Under the pieces are notes generated by a model. That model was not told the origin of the DNA, did not search any database, and saw only the letters and a list, made by a program, of their open reading frames with translations. From NCBI GenBank assembly GCA_937625935.1, contig OW569362.1, positions 372,001 through 436,000 on the forward strand: 64,000 bases of DNA, given 5' to 3'. Shown piece by piece: positions 32,586 through 42,879 of this stretch (its first letter is position 1; each line of letters opens with the position of its first letter). The translations under genes and the position numbers were made by a program. The stretch is from Tetramitus jugosus. Its lineage: Eukaryota; Protista; Heterolobosea.

Positions 32586-34607
32586 TTAATCGTCTCTGTA
32601 TTCTTCTGTAATCTTGTGGAGGATTTCCAATTTCTCACTCACTTCATCCTTTGTCAGATCATAACCAGGTAGGTTCACTCCTCCCTTGCTACTCTGTGTA
32701 AAGTATTTTTGTAGTTGAGATACATAACCATAGATTTCTCCACCAGTCTTGGCATGTACCATCATTGGAACAGTATCAATCTTTCTGGTTTCTTGTTCCA
32801 AGTTCGTGTCAACATATCCTTGAGAATTCAGCACCTTTGTGTTGAACACTCTTGGATAGGCATATGGAATGGCACTAGGTCGGTCAATATAGCATCTAGA
32901 ATATTTTGGAGTCAGTATGATGATTGTTATGTGTGACAAAAGTAATTGCTGAACCAATAAAGAAACGTACCTGGAAGTCATATATGACGGCGTTTGGTCA
33001 ATGTATCGATCCAACATCTCTTTGTGTGTTGTACAATCGGAAAGTATTGTCTTCTGTGGTCTATCCTTAGATCTGGAATCGGTTCTACTTTGTGCTGACA
33101 TGACACTGCTACTATTCAAAACATTCTGAACGAACATTTCTTCCATCGAGAGCTTAATCTTCTTATCCTGCTCTGATTTGTATAGGTCTATTTGATCGTC
33201 AATACCTCGATAGACAACAGTTTGAGCAAACGGTAAATCATCACTCGAATTTGTCACTGCATGATCGAATGGATACAGTGCCATAGATCTTGATTGATTC
33301 AGAGAACCGGACCTCATCAAAAAGTCATGCAAATTCTCGTTCACTCCAATTCCGAGAGGCATTCTAGTACTCAACACACCAATGCGCAATCCCTGTCTTG
33401 GAGACATCTTAGTGATCCAGTTCCTGAATCCAATGTTGTCCATTCCACGCGATAAACTTTCCCATGTAGTACCCAAAACTGAACTCCACTGATATGCGTT
33501 CACATTATCACCAAACTGCACCAAATCACTGTTCCATTCCTTGTATTGATTTCCAGACATTGGAATCACATAATCACAATTAGAGTACGTATCAATGAGG
33601 CCGAGTGCCGAATAAGACACAAATTGATTGATATCCGAGTGACTCAACTCCTCAGGTGAAATATATGGCTGAACCAAAGATGTAACAACAGACAACTTGC
33701 CAAATTCATCATACATTTGGGGCAAGAACTGAGATGTCACACTGGACCACCAATCACCTGCATTACTAAACAATTGGATACCATCAAAGTGATCAGCTTC
33801 TTCCAATGCAAAGCGAATGTGATCCATCGAATCTTCTACATAGGTATTCACAATATCTTGAACAGACAAGATTTGACTCGATTCGTCCAATGCCACGTTC
33901 GGCATCTTGAACACTGATTTTGGATGCAAATGAGGAATCAAAAAATCGGTCCAATATCGACTCTGTGTCTCCAACTCTGTTAAAATGTCATCTCTCGTGT
34001 ATGATTTGACATCTTGTTTCTTATTATTAGACGCTTCTTCCTCTTCATCAATATCCATTCGATCACTTGGATGAACCTTGTTCTTTTGTTGTTCCTTGTT
34101 CCAATAATTTTCATAAAAATCAGATGACAAAGATGAAGCCGAAGATGACGATGACGACGCATGATACTCATTTTGCATGTACTGAGCCGTAGATGGATCA
34201 CTAGCCAACAATGATCTTGTAAACTTGCTCATTCCATACTCTTGTTCTCTTAGTACATGTTTTTCATCATCAACATTGTCATCATGACCAGTTGTGTTAT
34301 CACTTGATTGATTGTACATGTATCCCATGGACTTCAAACTGGACCATTCTCTCCGTTCATCAAAAATGATGCACCTAGGAGTGAAAACAGACTGTTTTTT
34401 ATCATTTTCACCTTCTCTGAAGAATCTAGAGAACTCGTATTGAGCATCACTTAAATCTCTACCAGAATATCCCTTTTCTTGTTGTTGAGCGAGAATCTTG
34501 TTCTGTTCTAGTTGAACTTCAGTGCAAATAGTGTTCCAAAAGTGAGTACAGGCAAAGTTGGCATACTTTCCGAATTGGAGAGTAATAATTTCGTTGTTTG
34601 ATGGCAT
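32586..34607 (-). CDS. MSTO1: Misato/DML1 tubulin-like protein; probable intron 32896-32970
   Basis: EIITLQFGKYANFACTHFWN, FTPR, YWTDFL..HLHPKS, IRFALEEADHFDGIQ; 75-nt GTACGT..TAG intron read through in frame. Confidence 0.88.
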   Translation of the reverse strand: MPSNNEIITLQFGKYANFACTHFWNTICTEVQLEQNKILAQQQEKGYSGRDLSDAQYEFSRFFREGENDKKQSVFTPRCIIFDERREWSSLKSMGYMYNQSSDNTTGHDDNVDDEKHVLREQEYGMSKFTRSLLASDPSTAQYMQNEYHASSSSSSASSLSSDFYENYWNKEQQKNKVHPSDRMDIDEEEEASNNKKQDVKSYTRDDILTELETQSRYWTDFLIPHLHPKSVFKMPNVALDESSQILSVQDIVNTYVEDSMDHIRFALEEADHFDGIQLFSNAGDWWSSVTSQFLPQMYDEFGKLSVVTSLVQPYISPEELSHSDINQFVSYSALGLIDTYSNCDYVIPMSGNQYKEWNSDLVQFGDNVNAYQWSSVLGTTWESLSRGMDNIGFRNWITKMSPRQGLRIGVLSTRMPLGIGVNENLHDFLMRSGSLNQSRSMALYPFDHAVTNSSDDLPFAQTVVYRGIDDQIDLYKSEQDKKIKLSMEEMFVQNVLNSSSVMSAQSRTDSRSKDRPQKTILSDCTTHKEMLDRYIDQTPSYMTSRYVSLLVQQLLLSHITIIILTPKYSRCYIDRPSAIPYAYPRVFNTKVLNSQGYVDTNLEQETRKIDTVPMMVHAKTGGEIYGYVSQLQKYFTQSSKGGVNLPGYDLTKDEVSEKLEILHKITEEYRDD

Positions 34608-34745
34608 GGTCTTGATGAAAAAGTTGTTATGGTACGTTAGTTTTGTGGTTGTTTGAAGAAAGTTTATCTTTGCCAAAATTTTAGCTTCGCGTTTTTTTGG
34701 TTGTTCAAGGCATTCGATGATCCGTGCTTTCTGTCTCAGACCTCT

Positions 34746-35612
34746 CTACTTGCGGAAAACCTTGAACAAATTCTTGTTAAAGTACCGTAGCTCTTGAATG
34801 CTTTCATAAATGTCTGTTCGAGCTGTGTGATTCTTGACCTTTGTTGGCCTGTGCTTGTGCACTCTTGGATTAAGGGCAGTGCTCAGCATCGAAACAGTGG
34901 AAACATCAATCAATCGATAGTGCAAATGATCATTGACCTTTGGCATATGCTTTGCCAAGAACATTTTATCAACGTAGACACTGTTTCCTGCCATTGACAC
35001 ACCCTTCTTTGTAAACTTTGACAAGAATGACAACAAAAAATCTTCAGCGTCTCTCATTTGAAGATCAGAAGCACGAACACGTGCAGTCAATCCTGTTTTG
35101 CCATGATTTTCCACGCACCATGGCGAAAATTTTTGAATGACTTCTTCAGGATGGTGAATCACCATGGTTTCATGCTCTGCAATCAAATCCAAATTTTCAT
35201 TGAGTTCTGTAATGACACAGGACAGTTCGAGCACCGTGTGTTCCTCAGGATCCAATCCAGACATTTCACAATCGATCCATGCGACTCTCTGTCCTTGTTG
35301 TTGTCCTTCTCTGTTGTTGCCACTAATACCACTGCTCTTCATAAAGGCAGGTGACATGATATCTGCAAGAACATTAGCTCTGAATAGTGATTCTGGTGTA
35401 GATGCAGGGTTTGTCTCTTGTTGAGTTTGTTGTACTTGCGCTTGTGCTTGTTGTTGTTGTTGATCTTCTAGTTCTTGAATCACTTGTGCGATAAATTCTT
35501 CTTCTGATGGTTGAAAGTAGGTGAGTGGTAGGAATCGATCATCTGTGACGAGATGTTGTGGTGGGAGAAACGGATTGGTTATGTTGCTGATTCTTTTTGT
35601 GCCGCGATACAT
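34746..35612 (-). CDS. REXO2: Oligoribonuclease (DEDDh) with N-terminal extension
   Basis: WIDCEMSGLD, WCVENHGKTGL, AGNSVYVDKMFL, HYRLIDVSTV, HTARTDIYESIQEL. Confidence 0.95.
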   Translation of the reverse strand: MYRGTKRISNITNPFLPPQHLVTDDRFLPLTYFQPSEEEFIAQVIQELEDQQQQQAQAQVQQTQQETNPASTPESLFRANVLADIMSPAFMKSSGISGNNREGQQQGQRVAWIDCEMSGLDPEEHTVLELSCVITELNENLDLIAEHETMVIHHPEEVIQKFSPWCVENHGKTGLTARVRASDLQMRDAEDFLLSFLSKFTKKGVSMAGNSVYVDKMFLAKHMPKVNDHLHYRLIDVSTVSMLSTALNPRVHKHRPTKVKNHTARTDIYESIQELRYFNKNLFKVFRK

Positions 35613-35755
35613 TGTTTTTTATCGTGTGTACGTGTGGATGATGCTGGTTCTGCAATTTTGTTTTTTCTTTGGCGCGATTTTTGAAAATATCCGAGATCGG
35701 GGTAACGAGAAAGACCGATAATTTCCAAGCTGAAAATCTGGACAGACCAAGCAGC

Positions 35756-37297
35756 ATGGAGGAACAACATCTGGAGGATCAAGAGTTGGAATCACTTTCA
35801 CCTTGTCATGAGGGAGCATATGATCAACAAGAACAAAGAGAGATGAATGAGAAGGAGAGCGAATCGTCATCAGATGTACAATCAGAATCCATCAGGTTCT
35901 CTGTCAACGATTCGATCGAACAGAGTGGATTAGGTCTGTTTCAGTTGTTGCTATTTGCCATGGGGTGTATATGTTGGACGTGTGATGCAATTGAAATTCT
36001 CCTCATTAGCTATATTCTGCCGACGTTGCAAGCAGAATGGAAGTTGAGTGGTGTGGAGAAGGCTTGTGTCGCATCTGTTTTGTTTGTAGGGATGCTGGTT
36101 GGTGCCATTTTGTTTGGATGGTTGGCTGATCGTTATGGTAGAAGAAAAGCCTTGATTATTAACTTGGTGTACTCTACAGTACCCACAGTGTTGTGTGCAT
36201 TTGCACCGAATTGGACTCTCTTTGTGGCTGCCCGAACATGCACGGGCATAGGAGTAGCAGGAATGCAGATCATATATGGATTGATAAGTGAATTTTTACC
36301 AACGAAACGAAGGGCATTAGTGCTGTTAACGATGACTACCCTTGGAACAATGATTGCTTCATTGTTGGTCACGGGTTTAGCATGGGTGTTTTTACCTCAT
36401 GTTACAATTGATGTTGGTTCAGTTAGTGTAAAGAGTTGGCGCTTGTATCTGCTCATTCTATCGATCCCTCTGATCGTTGTTGCAATCTTGTCGCCCTTGC
36501 TGCCCGAGTCACCTAGATTTGACATGCTACAAGGAAATCAACAGAAAGCACTTCGCACACTCCGTACCATGGCCAGATTGAACAACGTTACAATGATCAG
36601 TGGAGAACTAGTGCTCAATGAATCTAAGGAGACTGTAGAGGTGGAAGAGTCGACAAGAATGACTTCACGTCTGAGCAACACCAAATTTGGGCTGCTCTTT
36701 CATCCAAATTATCGTTACTTAACGATATTACTCGCTATTATTTGGTTTGTTTCGAACTTTTCATTTTTTGGAGTTCAGCTTCTATCAGCCGAGTATCTGT
36801 TGGGTGATGGACAAGCAAAGTACATTCGAGTATTTCTTCCTGCTGTTGCGGACATTCCCATCGTTATGTGTCACATATTGATCGTTAACAAACTGGGAAG
36901 AAAGAGAACAATGATAATCACATATGGACTAGGATCACTACTCATGTTATCTCTCATGATACCGAGTACTGCACTCGTGCAGCGAATTCTGATCGTTCTT
37001 GCGAGAATTAGCATTCAAGCCGCGTTCGCTACAGCCATTTTAGCAACACCCGAGTATTTACCAACAGAAATTCGAACTACAGGTCTGGGCTTTGTGTCTG
37101 GGATCTCGCGCTTTGCGGGTATGGTTGCTCCCTTCTTTAGTTCGGCACTGTTTGAAGTTTCCAGGGCAGTTCCATTGTTATTTTTTTCGGCCACATGTGT
37201 TGTTGCAGCCATTGTTGCTTTCTTTCTGCCCTATGACACAACCGGGACCAAGTTAGCTGAAACTGTGACCAACAAACAAGGAGAGATAAACACTTGA
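35756..37297 (+). CDS. MFS transporter, SV2/SVOP-like
   Basis: GWLADRYGRR, SEFLPTKRR, PESPR, PTEIRTTGLG; about 12 TM helices. Confidence 0.92.
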   Translation: MEEQHLEDQELESLSPCHEGAYDQQEQREMNEKESESSSDVQSESIRFSVNDSIEQSGLGLFQLLLFAMGCICWTCDAIEILLISYILPTLQAEWKLSGVEKACVASVLFVGMLVGAILFGWLADRYGRRKALIINLVYSTVPTVLCAFAPNWTLFVAARTCTGIGVAGMQIIYGLISEFLPTKRRALVLLTMTTLGTMIASLLVTGLAWVFLPHVTIDVGSVSVKSWRLYLLILSIPLIVVAILSPLLPESPRFDMLQGNQQKALRTLRTMARLNNVTMISGELVLNESKETVEVEESTRMTSRLSNTKFGLLFHPNYRYLTILLAIIWFVSNFSFFGVQLLSAEYLLGDGQAKYIRVFLPAVADIPIVMCHILIVNKLGRKRTMIITYGLGSLLMLSLMIPSTALVQRILIVLARISIQAAFATAILATPEYLPTEIRTTGLGFVSGISRFAGMVAPFFSSALFEVSRAVPLLFFSATCVVAAIVAFFLPYDTTGTKLAETVTNKQGEINT

Positions 37298-37434
37298 CTT
37301 TTTGTCGACAGCGGACTTTTTTGAAAAAGTTACCGTTATGGATAATCGAAACGTCGTTTTTTCAATTGTCATTGGAAAACAAAGCACTCATCAACAATCA
37401 ACCAACAGATTTCCCCAACCAACCACTAGACTTC

Positions 37435-38460
37435 ATGGGCAACAATAACTCTCGCAACAGATATGCACAAGCTCTACGTGAAGAAGCCAACACACCTATG
37501 AAGGCAGATTCATTCTGGGAGACAGATGATGAATCGTGTGAAGCTTCTTCGATGGCTTCCACTCCAAAGACTGGCAGTCAGTTTGTCCACTATTCCATCG
37601 ATTCACCACTATCTTCAACAGTCACTCCAAAAAGCAAGAGATCCATGTCACTTCCACATGCTGTCGAGAATGGAACAGCCTTGTCATCTTTTATCGATCC
37701 TAGATCACCAGCATACGATTTCAAGCGCACACCTCTGCGTGAAGTTTTGAAAATTTATGAGGAACATTTGAGAAAGAGACAAGCAGAGTTAATGGTCAAT
37801 GTACTCGAGGAAGAAGTTGAAGAAGAAGATGAAGCAATGGGAGAAGAAGACGAACAATTGATGGCTGGAGCTCTAGGTGCTCAAAAGCAATCACCATTTG
37901 AATACTTAACGAAAGAGGAACACTCTTTTGGTCACGTGACACCACGTGCAGATCGGGATAGCCTCGGTGGCAATTACATGGAAGTCCCAATGATTTTGGC
38001 TGATGTGAGTCGTTCATTGCCAACATCGACTCATTTGCTCTCGCCTGCCTCAAAGGAAGAAACAACGAGATTCAATCTTGTTTCCTCTTCTCCATCCACA
38101 CCATTGTCTCCCATTCGTATATCTCGTTCTAGCAACAGAGTTAACACTAGTTTATTGAGTTCTCCATCAACTCGTCGATCCATTACTCAAGCAAAGAAGA
38201 CTTTTGTTTTCGAGGAGGAACAACAACAAGATGAAAACACGCCTAGCACTCCACAGCCTGCCACACCAGTCAACGTTGCCAAGAAACTCATTAGCAATAG
38301 CAGTAAGAGCAAGAAACGTCCCGTTTCTGCCGGCCTATTCAACTCCTCCCCTAACTTGCCTCGTCACTTACAACAGCAACAATTGCCACTCCATGCTCAC
38401 AAATCCCTGACTCAAGGCCTGCAATTCAACAGTGACAGACGATCTGTTCAATGGTATTGA
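37435..38460 (+). CDS. Hypothetical myristoylated, S/P-rich disordered protein
   Basis: MGNNNS start; long ORF; no recognised domain. Confidence 0.6.
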   Translation: MGNNNSRNRYAQALREEANTPMKADSFWETDDESCEASSMASTPKTGSQFVHYSIDSPLSSTVTPKSKRSMSLPHAVENGTALSSFIDPRSPAYDFKRTPLREVLKIYEEHLRKRQAELMVNVLEEEVEEEDEAMGEEDEQLMAGALGAQKQSPFEYLTKEEHSFGHVTPRADRDSLGGNYMEVPMILADVSRSLPTSTHLLSPASKEETTRFNLVSSSPSTPLSPIRISRSSNRVNTSLLSSPSTRRSITQAKKTFVFEEEQQQDENTPSTPQPATPVNVAKKLISNSSKSKKRPVSAGLFNSSPNLPRHLQQQQLPLHAHKSLTQGLQFNSDRRSVQWY

Positions 38461-38550
38461 TTGTATTACTATCATCGAACTCTTGTAAAACAACACGCAA
38501 CAAAATAAACTATCAAGTCCAGTTGCAACACTGGAACTTCAACGAAACAA

Positions 38551-40827
38551 ATGAATTTTCCCACGTTCAAAGGAACAAAAACAAAACGAATGAGTCACGA
38601 AAGCAGAGATCAAGGATCAAGATTCTGGAGACCTGGATCGTTAGGACCCTCTAGACTCTCAAACCTCAACGAGCAGCCATCATCATCAAGTAGTCAACAA
38701 GAGAACGCTGTAGTATCAAGAGAGGAACCAGAAGATGATGAATCTTCATCTTCTATTTTTGAAGGAGCACTCAGTTTACAGAGAAGTGAAATGACCATTT
38801 CACAACAACGTCAGAGCTTGCCAGTGTACCAGCATCGCAATGAAATTTTGTTTGCTGTCAACAAGTTTCGTGTTGTGATCATTGTAGGTGAAACGGGGTC
38901 TGGAAAAACGACTCAGGTTCCTCAGTACTTGCTAGAGGATGGATGGTGTGATAATGTGGCTGCCATGTTGGTTTCAAGTGGTTCCAGTGATGAAACAGCA
39001 GCTGCAACAAGGACTCAGTGCATTGCTTGTACACAGCCCAGGAGAGTGTCTGCCATCTCGGTTGCAAAGCGTGTCAGTGAAGAGAGAGGCACAGTATTGG
39101 GAGCTCAAGTCGGTTATTCCATTCAGTTTGATAATCAGTCGGATGACAATTTGACAAAGATCAAGTACATGACAGATGGTATTCTATTGAGAGAAATGTT
39201 ATTGGATCCATTGTTGTCCCAGTATTCGGTCATTATGGTAGATGAGGCACATGAGAGGTCACTCAATACGGATTTGCTGCTCGGACTGTTGAAAAAGGTT
39301 ATGAATAAGCGAGAGGACTTGCGAGTGATTATATCGAGTGCAACAATGGATGCAGAATCGTTTAAAGACTTTTTCGAAACGAATAGTGACAGGAGTGATG
39401 CAACCAAGGACACTGTATGCATATTGCCAATACCAGGAAGGACATATCCCGTCGAACTATTTTATACAAGGGAACCAGTTGCGAATTACATTGAATCTTG
39501 TATGGAAACTGTGATTCAAATACATCAGTATGAAGATATAGATGGAGATATTTTGGTGTTTCTAACTGGGCAAGAAGAGATTCACTCTTTTATATCAAAG
39601 TTAAAGGATGAATTGGAGCATTATCCAAGCGCACCCCTTCTAGTAGCATATCCATTGTACGCAGGATTGCCAATGGATCAACAGATGAGCGTGTTTGAAG
39701 AGCAGAGATACAATGTGGATGGTACGAGAAACGGTCGAAAAGTGATTATAGCAACCAATGTGGCTGAAACGTCCGTAACCATACCCAATATCAGATATGT
39801 TGTTGATTGTGGGTTTGTTAAATGTCGAGTGTATAATCCAACCACAGAATCAGATTCGCTAGTAGTTACAGAGATTAGTAAGTCATCATCGAGGCAAAGA
39901 GCCGGAAGAGCAGGGAGAGTAAAGGCTGGCAAGTGCTTCCGCATGTACACAGAAAAATCATTCCAGCAACTCGCACCGAACAATATTCCAGAGATACAGA
40001 GGTCAGATATAACCGGAGTTGTTTTGCAATTGAAGGCTCTGGGAATTGACAATTTGATTAATTTTCCATTCTTATCACCTCCTCCTGCTAATAATCTGCT
40101 GGCTGCTCTGGAGCTATTGCATGTCCTTGGTGTACTGGACGAGCAAGCTCGTTTAACATCACCTCTTGGTATGCAAGTTGCAGAATTCCCTGTTAAACCT
40201 CAAGTAGCAAAGATGTTACTACAATCGGGTGTGGTTGGGTGCAGTAGTGAAATGTTAACGATAGCAGCAATGTTATCAACGCCAAATATTTATGCAATGG
40301 TAAGAGGTAACCAGCAGGCTCGAGCAGACATTGCAAAGCAACAGTTTTCTGTTACGGAGGGAGATCACATAACATACTTGAACATTTACGACAATTTTAT
40401 TCGAACCAAAAATCAGTCTCAGTGGTGCTTCGATAATTACTTGAACTATAAGAGTATGAAGCGCGTGGTAACTATTCGAAAGCAACTCGAAGGTTATCTG
40501 AGAAAATTCAATATTCCAATCAAGTCAATGCACGACAAAGAAGCAAATCATGATGAATCACCCACCACTATTATTTGTAAATGTGTACTGAGTGGCATAT
40601 TCAAGCACTCTGCAAGATTGCAACCCGATGGATCATATCTAACCCTCCACTCAAATCAGAAGTTGCACATTCATCCATCGTCAGTATTGTTGCGTAAACC
40701 GCCCAAGTGGGTTGCCTTTTCTGAGGTAATTGTAACAACGAAAGAATACATGAAAGATGTGTTAGCGATTGAATTGGATTGGTTGACAGAGGTAGCTCCT
40801 CAATTTTATAAAAATATTGTTGGTTGA
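38551..40827 (+). CDS. DHX35: DEAH-box RNA helicase DHX35-like
   Basis: FWRPG N-terminal motif, GETGSGKTT, DEAH, SAT, QRAGRAGR, HA2 and OB-fold; start may be 38590. Confidence 0.92.
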   Translation: MNFPTFKGTKTKRMSHESRDQGSRFWRPGSLGPSRLSNLNEQPSSSSSQQENAVVSREEPEDDESSSSIFEGALSLQRSEMTISQQRQSLPVYQHRNEILFAVNKFRVVIIVGETGSGKTTQVPQYLLEDGWCDNVAAMLVSSGSSDETAAATRTQCIACTQPRRVSAISVAKRVSEERGTVLGAQVGYSIQFDNQSDDNLTKIKYMTDGILLREMLLDPLLSQYSVIMVDEAHERSLNTDLLLGLLKKVMNKREDLRVIISSATMDAESFKDFFETNSDRSDATKDTVCILPIPGRTYPVELFYTREPVANYIESCMETVIQIHQYEDIDGDILVFLTGQEEIHSFISKLKDELEHYPSAPLLVAYPLYAGLPMDQQMSVFEEQRYNVDGTRNGRKVIIATNVAETSVTIPNIRYVVDCGFVKCRVYNPTTESDSLVVTEISKSSSRQRAGRAGRVKAGKCFRMYTEKSFQQLAPNNIPEIQRSDITGVVLQLKALGIDNLINFPFLSPPPANNLLAALELLHVLGVLDEQARLTSPLGMQVAEFPVKPQVAKMLLQSGVVGCSSEMLTIAAMLSTPNIYAMVRGNQQARADIAKQQFSVTEGDHITYLNIYDNFIRTKNQSQWCFDNYLNYKSMKRVVTIRKQLEGYLRKFNIPIKSMHDKEANHDESPTTIICKCVLSGIFKHSARLQPDGSYLTLHSNQKLHIHPSSVLLRKPPKWVAFSEVIVTTKEYMKDVLAIELDWLTEVAPQFYKNIVG

Positions 40828-40835
40828 CATGAAGT

Positions 40836-42728
40836 TTATATCTTCTCAAACTCTGCGATATCACTGAGAAGATGCTTTAGGAAGTTGTAGGAATCGAGGA
40901 CAGAGTCTATATGAACTCTTTCTTCTGGTGAATGAGGTTGTTCAATCAATGGTCCCATACTCAACATTTCAATATCTTCGCGGTTCGATTGTCTCTTGGA
41001 CGCAATCACTGCACATTCCAATCCACTTTGAGAAACAAGCAACGTTGGTTCCTTGTCAAACAATTTGTCGTACACTACAATGGCCCTGCGAGCTGTCTGA
41101 GATCCTAACTTTGGAGTCCAACTGGGGTACGTGGCCATTGTATCATTGATATATGATGCCTTAGCCAACTCGAGAATAGATCTAATCCTCGTGCTAGTTT
41201 CATTCTTTGCACTCTCCAACAAACTTCGAGTCATCAAGGTAATATGGAATCGATTGTCTTCCAAATTCTCCACCTTTGTGTCAGTGGCAACAACAGCCAG
41301 ATTGGTGGAAGTCTGAACAGCTGGGAAATCGTAGCTGTATGACAGAGGCCCAGATGGCAGGGCCTGAAGCACTCGTAATATGTGTCTCGTGTAGTTTGAC
41401 GCGAAGGGTTTCGATTGTGGAATACCAATCTTGTTGATGAGATGGATGGTCACATTCTCATATCCCTTGTATTCAACTTCATTAATAAGCACAGTGAAGC
41501 GCTTGACCACTTGCTCAATAACTGAAATATCATCTCTTGACTCCACATGAATCGTAGTCTTGGCATCTCTTGGAATTGCGTTTCTCTTGGTACCACCTTG
41601 GATCTGAGAAATGTGGTAGCTTCGTTTGTTTGCACTGAGTTCGCGATCAACTTCTAACAATAATCTTGCCAACAATTTGATAGCATTGCCTCTGCCCATA
41701 TGTATCTCGTTGCCAGAGTGTCCACCTTTTAATCCTACGAGTTCAATATCATAGACAATCGTACCCGCTTTTTCCTCGTGTTCATCCATGTACTGAATCT
41801 CAAATTCAGCTACTGTATCTTGACCACCAGCACTACCCACAGTTAGTTGATCTGGTACCATTGTATCCAAGTTCAAAATGATTTTACCAGTGAAGAAATC
41901 CTTTGACATTCTCAAGGCACCACGCAATCCAATCTCCTCCTCAACCGTAAATAGCAACTCAATCTTTCCGTGCTGTTTTGAAAGCTTAGATTCCGCTTGT
42001 AATTCCTCTGCCAGTGTCATCATCATTGCAACTGCAATACCATTGTCCGCACCCAGAGATGTCCGATTGGCATGTACCCAAGTGCCATTGGTCATGAGCA
42101 AAGTAATTCCATCTCGAGAGCAATTGTGCTGCGCTTGATAAACAGGATCACACTCGCACACCATGTCCAAATGCGATTGAACAACAATGGTTGGAGTATG
42201 TTCGTATCCATGTGCCGCTGGAATCGTGAACAACATACTGCCCGATCTCTCATCCACCGTCATGTTGACATTGGGTAGTCGTTCAAGCAGATAATCACGA
42301 ACGTAGTGAGCCACTGGTTGTTCTTGCTTTGGTGGCCTAGGAATAGCAGATATGACAGCAAAGTGATTCCACAGCAATTTGGGCTGCAGAACGTACAATT
42401 GATCCTCTGTTTGTTCTTCCCCTGAAGAAGAACGATGTCCGTGATGATGGTGCTTGTTGTGGTATTGATCCTTGGGAGACATTGTCTTTCGATATTGACC
42501 AGAAACCAGGGCCATGTTGTGTGACATGAGGGCAATCAGATCTGTGGAATTGACGGGTTGGATCTGCTTGGGACTTGGATAGTGCAGTATGCGTTGTTCC
42601 ATCATGGAAGCCACTTGATCAAACAAGTGCTGATAATTGGGTCCTTTGACAGTTGCAGAAATGCTGACCACTGAAAGCAACAAGAGTAGTAAGAGTAGTG
42701 GAAGGAGGATGATTCGTTCGTGCTTCAT
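40836..42728 (-). CDS. pepD: M20C aminoacyl-histidine dipeptidase (PepD-like) with signal peptide
   Basis: QSHLDMVC, LGADNGI, EEEIGL.GA, GLKGGHSG.EIH.GRGNA, NAIPR, GLEC, HSPEE; hydrophobic N-terminal leader. Confidence 0.88.
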   Translation of the reverse strand: MKHERIILLPLLLLLLLLSVVSISATVKGPNYQHLFDQVASMMEQRILHYPSPKQIQPVNSTDLIALMSHNMALVSGQYRKTMSPKDQYHNKHHHHGHRSSSGEEQTEDQLYVLQPKLLWNHFAVISAIPRPPKQEQPVAHYVRDYLLERLPNVNMTVDERSGSMLFTIPAAHGYEHTPTIVVQSHLDMVCECDPVYQAQHNCSRDGITLLMTNGTWVHANRTSLGADNGIAVAMMMTLAEELQAESKLSKQHGKIELLFTVEEEIGLRGALRMSKDFFTGKIILNLDTMVPDQLTVGSAGGQDTVAEFEIQYMDEHEEKAGTIVYDIELVGLKGGHSGNEIHMGRGNAIKLLARLLLEVDRELSANKRSYHISQIQGGTKRNAIPRDAKTTIHVESRDDISVIEQVVKRFTVLINEVEYKGYENVTIHLINKIGIPQSKPFASNYTRHILRVLQALPSGPLSYSYDFPAVQTSTNLAVVATDTKVENLEDNRFHITLMTRSLLESAKNETSTRIRSILELAKASYINDTMATYPSWTPKLGSQTARRAIVVYDKLFDKEPTLLVSQSGLECAVIASKRQSNREDIEMLSMGPLIEQPHSPEERVHIDSVLDSYNFLKHLLSDIAEFEKI

Positions 42729-42879
42729 GATTTGGGTTCTCTCACGTTGTTTTTTGAACACGAAATATCCTTTGCTTTCCTGAAATGCAGAGAATGACTG
42801 ACCTCGGACTAAAAAAGGAATGACTTACGTTATGTGAGCGAAATTAGATCACTTGTTTATTGTTTTGTTCACTCATGCA

